Shown here: positions 23,760-28,417 of the stretch, piece after piece
Layout of the letters: each line of letters opens with the position of its first letter
How positions within the stretch are numbered: position 1 is the first letter of the stretch
NCBI GenBank assembly: GCA_036338695.1
Contig: JAYZBQ010000007.1
Location: forward strand, 1-28,417
DNA: 28,417 nt
DNA from: Myxococcota bacterium
Lineage (GTDB): Bacteria; Myxococcota; UBA4151
Direction: 5' to 3'
Notes under the pieces: generated by a model
What the model saw: the letters and a program-made list of their open reading frames with translations, nothing else
Told to the model about the DNA's origin: nothing
The model's database searches: none
Program-made: the position numbers and the translations under genes

Positions 23760-26563
23760 TGCATCGCTTTGCGTCTTTGGTGATCTGCTTGCTCCTGGCG
23801 TCCTGCATCCGTGATTTTCAAGAGGGGCACCCGCACTGTCTGGTGCGCGCCCACTGCTCGGCCGAGGCGCTCGGTGACGGCTTCACCGCCGCACGGTACA
23901 ACTGCGAGAACAACGAATGCGTCGAGTCAACCTGCGGCGACGGCAAGCTCGATGAAGCCACCGAGGAGTGCGATGACGGCAACGACATCGACGACGACGC
24001 CTGCTCGAACCTCTGCGCGCCGCCCAAATGCGGCGACGGCTTGGTTCAGGGCGACGAGGAGTGCGACAACGGCTCGCAGAACAACGACCGCATCGCCGAC
24101 GCCTGCCGCACAACCTGCACCAACGCGCGCTGCGGTGACGGCTGGGTCGACAGCGAAGAAGCCTGCGATGACGGCAACATCGAAGACGGCGACGGCTGCT
24201 TGAACAGCTGTGTGGTCGCCAGCTGCGGCGATGGGGTGGTGCACTCGCCCGAGTTCGGCGGCGCCGAGGACTGCGACGACGGCAACGACGACGAGACGGA
24301 CGGCTGCACCAGCCAATGCCGGGCGGTCTATTGCGGCGACGGCATCCGCCAGGGCGAAGACGGCTCGGGCGACGAGTGCGGCGGCGACGAAGGCATCGCA
24401 TGCCCTGGGTTTCAGATCTGCGTGCTTGGCATCTGCGAGGGCTGGGGCGAGCAGTGCGACGAGGGCGACAACAACAACGACGAGGAGCCCAACGGCTGCC
24501 GCACCAACTGCTTGACCGCGCATTGCGGTGACGGCGTGCTCGACACCGGCGAGCAGTGCGATGACGGCAACCGAAGCGACGGTGATGGCTGCTCCTCGGT
24601 CTGCGGCAGCGAGCCGGCTGTCTGCGGCGACGGCGTGCTCCACTTCAGCGAAGAGTGTGACGACGGCAACGACTTCGACAACGACGAGTGCCTGAGCGAC
24701 TGCCGCATTGCGCACTGCGGCGACGGCGTCATCCGCGACGACATCCAAGCCGGCTTCCCGGGCTACGAGGAGTGCGACGACGGCAACGGCAACAACTTTG
24801 ACGCCTGCCGCAACGACTGCTCGCAGGCGCTCTGCGGCGACGGCGTGACCCGGCTCGACCTTGAGCTGGGCTCCGGGACCGAGTGCACCCAAGAGAACCC
24901 GTTGTGTCCAGCGAACGAGGTCTGCAACGGCACGGTCTGTGAGCGCATCGGCTATGAGGAATGCGACGACGGCAACAACGTCCACGAGGACGGCTGCCTG
25001 CTGACCTGCCGTCTGGCGACCTGCGGTGACGGCGTGCGGCGCACCGACCTCGAGGAGGGGCAGCCCGGTTACGAAGCCTGCGACGACGGCAACGACGACG
25101 ACGAGGACGAATGCCGCAACAACTGCACCCGCTCGAGCTGCGGTGACGGCGAGCTGCATGAAGGTCTCGAAGAGTGTGACGACGGCAACCGCGTCGACGA
25201 CGATGGCTGCACCAACAACTGCACCATCGCCCGCTGCGGCGACGGGGTACTGCGAGACGTGGGGCAGGGATCAGGCCGGACCTGTAACGACGAGAACCCA
25301 TGCCTCGGCGACGAGGTCTGCGCCTGGGGTTACTGCCGCCCGGAGAACTACGAGTACTGCGACGACGGCAACGACTTTGACGAGGACGGCTGCACGGCTC
25401 AGTGCCAGCCACCCGTCTGCGGCGACGGCGACGTGCAGTTTGGTCAAGAGTGCGACGACGGCAACCGCGCCGCATTCGACGGCTGCAGCCCGGACTGCGA
25501 GATCGAGCCTTGGCCGTATTGTGGGCAGATCCTGTCGACCACCAACCTGGGACAGCTGGGTGATCCCGTGGCGATGGACGTCGCCGGGGCGCGCGCCGTG
25601 GTCAGCTTTGCGGGGGGTGACCTAGCCGTGGCGGACGTCACGCATGGCTTGGTGAGCATCCAGACCTTCGTCGGCGGGGGCCAGGATTACGCTCGCTGGA
25701 TCGCCATCCGGCCTGACGACAGCGACTTCGTCGCCTTCGGGCTTGAGGCGGGCGTGAGCTTCCGGCGGGTTCAGAACAACGCGCTGGTTGGCGCCTTCGA
25801 TTACCCCGCCAACGGCGGCGCCGAGGGCTACCGGGTGGGCAACGTCGGCGGCTGGGCCAGCAACAGCGAGCTGGTGTACAGCCAGTCGCAGGTGCTGCAG
25901 CTCGACGACCAAGGGCAGCCCGTCATCAACCAAGACGGCAGCAACGCTACGGTCTTTGACGCCGGAGTGGTGACGCTTCACTTAGCGGGCAACGCCCTGC
26001 GTGAGAACAACCCGCGCACCGACGCGCTGCGTCAGCCGGGGCAGACGCCCACGCCGACCTTGCGCTCGGTGGCGCCGACCACCGGCTTTTATCTGCGCAC
26101 CGAGGTGGGCGAGCAGGGCGGCGATCGCCTGCGGACCTACACCTCCGGTCACGCGGTCGAGGGCGAGCTGGATTTCGCCCCGGCGATGGTGGCGACGAGC
26201 ACCGCCGACGTCTTTGCGGCGGCGCGCACCAACGGGCGCACGGCGATCTACTACACCAGCCCACAGCAGGGGCAGGAGGGGCGTGCGCTGCAGCTGCTGC
26301 GCCCCGAGGTGCAGACCGCTGGGGTCCCGAGCTGGCTTGCGATCGACGACACGGGCGACTTCTTGGCGCGCAGCGTCACGGGCGCCGAGCGCCGACTCGA
26401 GATCCTCGACACCCGCCAGGGTCCGAACGCCCGGGTGATCGCCCTGGACGGCGAGCCGGTGATCTTGGCGGGCAAATTCACCCAGATCAACCGGCAGCCG
26501 CGGCTGGTGGTGATGTCGGCGAACGGCCGCTTGGCGCTCATCGGCTGCCCGGCGCAGCCTTAG
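23756..26563 (+). CDS. Cysteine-rich myxobacterial disulfide-repeat (DUF4215-like) lipoprotein with C-terminal beta-rich (propeller-like) domain
   Basis: Lipobox LLASC, 13 CGDG...CD(D/N/E)G...C-x3-C units and a roughly 350 aa beta-rich C-terminus. Confidence 0.88.
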   Translation: MMHRFASLVICLLLASCIRDFQEGHPHCLVRAHCSAEALGDGFTAARYNCENNECVESTCGDGKLDEATEECDDGNDIDDDACSNLCAPPKCGDGLVQGDEECDNGSQNNDRIADACRTTCTNARCGDGWVDSEEACDDGNIEDGDGCLNSCVVASCGDGVVHSPEFGGAEDCDDGNDDETDGCTSQCRAVYCGDGIRQGEDGSGDECGGDEGIACPGFQICVLGICEGWGEQCDEGDNNNDEEPNGCRTNCLTAHCGDGVLDTGEQCDDGNRSDGDGCSSVCGSEPAVCGDGVLHFSEECDDGNDFDNDECLSDCRIAHCGDGVIRDDIQAGFPGYEECDDGNGNNFDACRNDCSQALCGDGVTRLDLELGSGTECTQENPLCPANEVCNGTVCERIGYEECDDGNNVHEDGCLLTCRLATCGDGVRRTDLEEGQPGYEACDDGNDDDEDECRNNCTRSSCGDGELHEGLEECDDGNRVDDDGCTNNCTIARCGDGVLRDVGQGSGRTCNDENPCLGDEVCAWGYCRPENYEYCDDGNDFDEDGCTAQCQPPVCGDGDVQFGQECDDGNRAAFDGCSPDCEIEPWPYCGQILSTTNLGQLGDPVAMDVAGARAVVSFAGGDLAVADVTHGLVSIQTFVGGGQDYARWIAIRPDDSDFVAFGLEAGVSFRRVQNNALVGAFDYPANGGAEGYRVGNVGGWASNSELVYSQSQVLQLDDQGQPVINQDGSNATVFDAGVVTLHLAGNALRENNPRTDALRQPGQTPTPTLRSVAPTTGFYLRTEVGEQGGDRLRTYTSGHAVEGELDFAPAMVATSTADVFAAARTNGRTAIYYTSPQQGQEGRALQLLRPEVQTAGVPSWLAIDDTGDFLARSVTGAERRLEILDTRQGPNARVIALDGEPVILAGKFTQINRQPRLVVMSANGRLALIGCPAQP
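23933..25498 (+). repeat. 13 tandem CGDG...CDDGN repeats (TGCGGCGACGGC ... TGCGACGACGGCAAC)
   Basis: Counted directly in the translation. These are coding repeats of variable length. Confidence 0.9.
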
Positions 26564-26578
26564 GGAGTTCGGGGCGCT

Positions 26579-27130
26579 ATGCTGCTCGGTCTAGCGCTCC
26601 TGCTCGGCCCACAGGCGCTGGTCGAGGCGGCGCATGAGCGCACGCGCCACCGGGTGGTGTACACCCCGGCTTACGTCAAGCTGGCGTACCCCGGCGGGGA
26701 CGTGCCGGCAGACACCGGGGTCTGCACCGACGTGGTGATCCGCAGCTACCGCAAGCTCGGGATCGACCTGCAAAAGCGGGTGCACGAGGACATGCGCGGC
26801 GCCTTTGCCAAGTACCCGAACAACTGGGGGCTCAAGCGCCCGGATCGCAACATCGACCACCGGCGGGTCCCGAACCTGCGTCGCTATTTCGAGCGCCAGG
26901 GCGCGTCGCTGCCGGTGACCCGGCGAGCCAGCGCCTACAAGCCCGGCGATCTGGTGACCTGGATGGTCGGCGCCAGGGGAAACCTACCGCATATCGGCAT
27001 CGTCACCGACAAGAAGACCTGGCGCGGCGTGCCGTTGATCGTGCACAACATCGGCGCCGGTCCGCAGCTCGAGGACATCCTGTTTCGCTACCGGATCACC
27101 GGGCACTACCGCTACTTCCCCAAGCCCTAA
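26579..27130 (+). CDS. DUF1287 (YijF-like) family protein
   Basis: YVKLAYPGGDVP, GVCTDVVIR, DLQKRVHEDM, DRNIDHRRVPNL, PGDLVTW, LPHIGIV, HNIGAG and ITGHYRY. Confidence 0.9.
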   Translation: MLLGLALLLGPQALVEAAHERTRHRVVYTPAYVKLAYPGGDVPADTGVCTDVVIRSYRKLGIDLQKRVHEDMRGAFAKYPNNWGLKRPDRNIDHRRVPNLRRYFERQGASLPVTRRASAYKPGDLVTWMVGARGNLPHIGIVTDKKTWRGVPLIVHNIGAGPQLEDILFRYRITGHYRYFPKP

Positions 27131-27193
27131 CACCGCGCCGCTCAAGACAGAGGTGGCACCGTGGCAGAAACTGCCATAGACTGGAGCCTGCAG

Positions 27194-27559
27194 GGGGGCG
27201 AAGGGCCTTCGACGGAGGTACGGAGCAGGACAGGAGCAGGTCCCGGGGCGCCAGGCCGGGTGAGTAAGGCGTATCTACGATAATCGCCAATGACGATTTC
27301 GAACTGGCGCTCGCAGCTTAAAAACCTGTGACGTCCACAGAGCCGTGGTTTCCATCGTCCGCGGGGCCTCTGTGTCAAAACCAGATGGACGTCGGCTGCA
27401 AGTGGGCTTGGGCGCGCAGCCGTCTGATCAGTCAAGTCACTCCTCGAGCGGAGCCTGTCGTTGGGCGCCAATCGGGGACATCCCAAAACAACGACTAAAC
27501 CTGTAGCGCCTACCTGTGATGGCTTTCGGACCCGGGTTCAATTCCCGGCGCCTCCACCA
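27194..27559 (+). ncRNA. ssrA: tmRNA (transfer-messenger RNA)
   Basis: 5' GGGGGCG pairs with 3' CGCCTCC-ACCA, including the G3:U alanine determinant. TTCGAC lies near the 5' end, the T-arm is CCGGG-TTCAATT-CCCGG, and the tag frame at 27286-27321 reads ANDDFELALAA*. Length 366 nt. Confidence 0.97.
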
Positions 27560-27565
27560 CTCGGC

Positions 27566-27629
27566 GGTTTGCCGACGTTCCATAACGTTCAATTTTGTGG
27601 CGTAAAGCGTCGGTAAACCTCTATTTTTT
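27566..27629 (+). terminator. Long inverted repeat followed by a T-tract downstream of ssrA (probable terminator)
   Basis: GGTTTGCCGACG (27566-27577) pairs with CGTCGGTAAACC (27608-27619) with one G:U, followed by TCTATTTTTT. The loop is unusually large (30 nt). Confidence 0.45.
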
Positions 27630-27697
27630 GTTCGGTGTCGTTCGGGGGAGACCCTTGAAGTCCGGGGTTGAAGCAGCCCGACGTCGTGTCCTTGTTT

Positions 27698-28417
27698 TCA
27701 AGGGTCCCAGCGCATGTAGGCGAAAGGGAGCTGATAGCGGCGAGTGTGCCCGCTGATCGCGTCAAAGTTCCAGGTCTGGACCCCAAACAAGAGCACGCGT
27801 TTTGAGGGCGAGGCGAAGACGCCCTCGAACGCAAAGCCCGCATCGCCGGCGTGCGGTAGCGGGTGCTCGACGCGCAAGGGCAGGCTACCGATTAAGCCGT
27901 CGTCCGGGTCTCGCCCGGTGCGCTTGGTTGAACCAGGAAATGGGATCTCACGCCGGACCAAGACCACGTCAAAGCGACCGATGATCGTGGCGGTGGACAT
28001 GTTGTCATGAAACCGCTCGGTTCGGATTCGAGCCTCTATGGGACCGGAGCGTTCGAGCTCATCGCTCAAATCATCGCGCTTGTCCGCTGTCCAGCCCACG
28101 ATTTTATAGACTCGATTTGGCGCCTTCTTCTCCTTGGCTGTCAGGCTCGAGAGCGCCAGCTTTATGCCCGGGTTCTTGAGGTCGATCCCGTGCTTCTTCA
28201 TGCTCGCTTTTGCCTTGGCTAGTGCCAACTTAGCTTCACGGTGCGACGAGCAAGCCTCTTCAGGGTCCGGCCCGTCACGGTAGAGGTAAGCCGCTTTGTA
28301 GATCACGAAGGGCGGCGCCACCGGCTTGAGCTGGCTTGAGCCAGGCATGGGGACGTGCTTTCGCTCGAGCTGGAACACGGAGATGAAGAGCTGACCATAG
28401 AAGGGGCGCTTGGTGAC
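27698..28417 (-). CDS. Hypothetical protein, 3' portion (frame open to the right edge of the window)
   Basis: The ORF 27698-28378 continues without a stop to 28417 (VTKRPFYGQLFISVFQLE...). No recognisable motif. Confidence 0.65.
   Translation of the reverse strand, partial: VTKRPFYGQLFISVFQLERKHVPMPGSSQLKPVAPPFVIYKAAYLYRDGPDPEEACSSHREAKLALAKAKASMKKHGIDLKNPGIKLALSSLTAKEKKAPNRVYKIVGWTADKRDDLSDELERSGPIEARIRTERFHDNMSTATIIGRFDVVLVRREIPFPGSTKRTGRDPDDGLIGSLPLRVEHPLPHAGDAGFAFEGVFASPSKRVLLFGVQTWNFDAISGHTRRYQLPFAYMRWDP

Noticed and set aside
23933..25498. Regularly recurring TGCGGCGACGGC / TGCGACGACGGCAAC resembling a CRISPR array
   Set aside because: In-frame coding repeats with wobble variation and irregular spacing; no cas genes.
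27153..27182. TGGCAC as a sigma54 site, and the TGGCAG-AAA-CTGCCA palindrome before ssrA
   Set aside because: No correctly spaced TTGC element. The palindrome next to a TAGACT -10-like hexamer is too short to assign.
27142..27486. Minus-strand ORFs over 27096-27486
   Set aside because: Antisense to the tmRNA.
27520..27559. tRNA-like 3' end (T-arm plus CCA)
   Set aside because: It is the tRNA-like domain of tmRNA; there is no anticodon arm.

Overview
GC-rich, gene-dense bacterial chromosomal segment, very probably from a Myxococcota (deltaproteobacterial) genome. The clues are a MYXO-CTERM-like tail, CGDG...CDDGN disulfide repeats, DAG-rich linkers and an alr-mlaEFD arrangement. From left to right: the 5' part of hutU (minus strand); a coupled plus-strand run of a peptidoglycan-binding Cys/His hydrolase, a SpoIID-like lytic transglycosylase with a C-terminal sorting tail, a gamma-carbonic anhydrase and a Pgm1-like ATP-grasp ligase; an HTH protein plus Ppx/GppA; and minus-strand topB, M18 aminopeptidase, a 2-TM protein and a metallophosphoesterase. 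A roughly 10 kb plus-strand run follows: DAACS transporter, NodI/NodJ-like ABC exporter, alr, mlaE, mlaF, a long MlaD with a probable C-terminal beta-barrel, then a diheme cytochrome lipoprotein / beta-barrel / monoheme cytochrome lipoprotein triplet. The window ends with pyk, a glycine-hairpin protein, a Cys-rich repeat lipoprotein, a DUF1287 gene, a complete tmRNA (ssrA, tag ANDDFELALAA) and a truncated hypothetical gene. The best candidates for an undescribed system are the tethered cytochrome-barrel-cytochrome cassette and the sigma28-like, signal-less cell-wall hydrolase operon with its orphan peptide ligase. All family calls are by-eye motif recognition; no searches were run.
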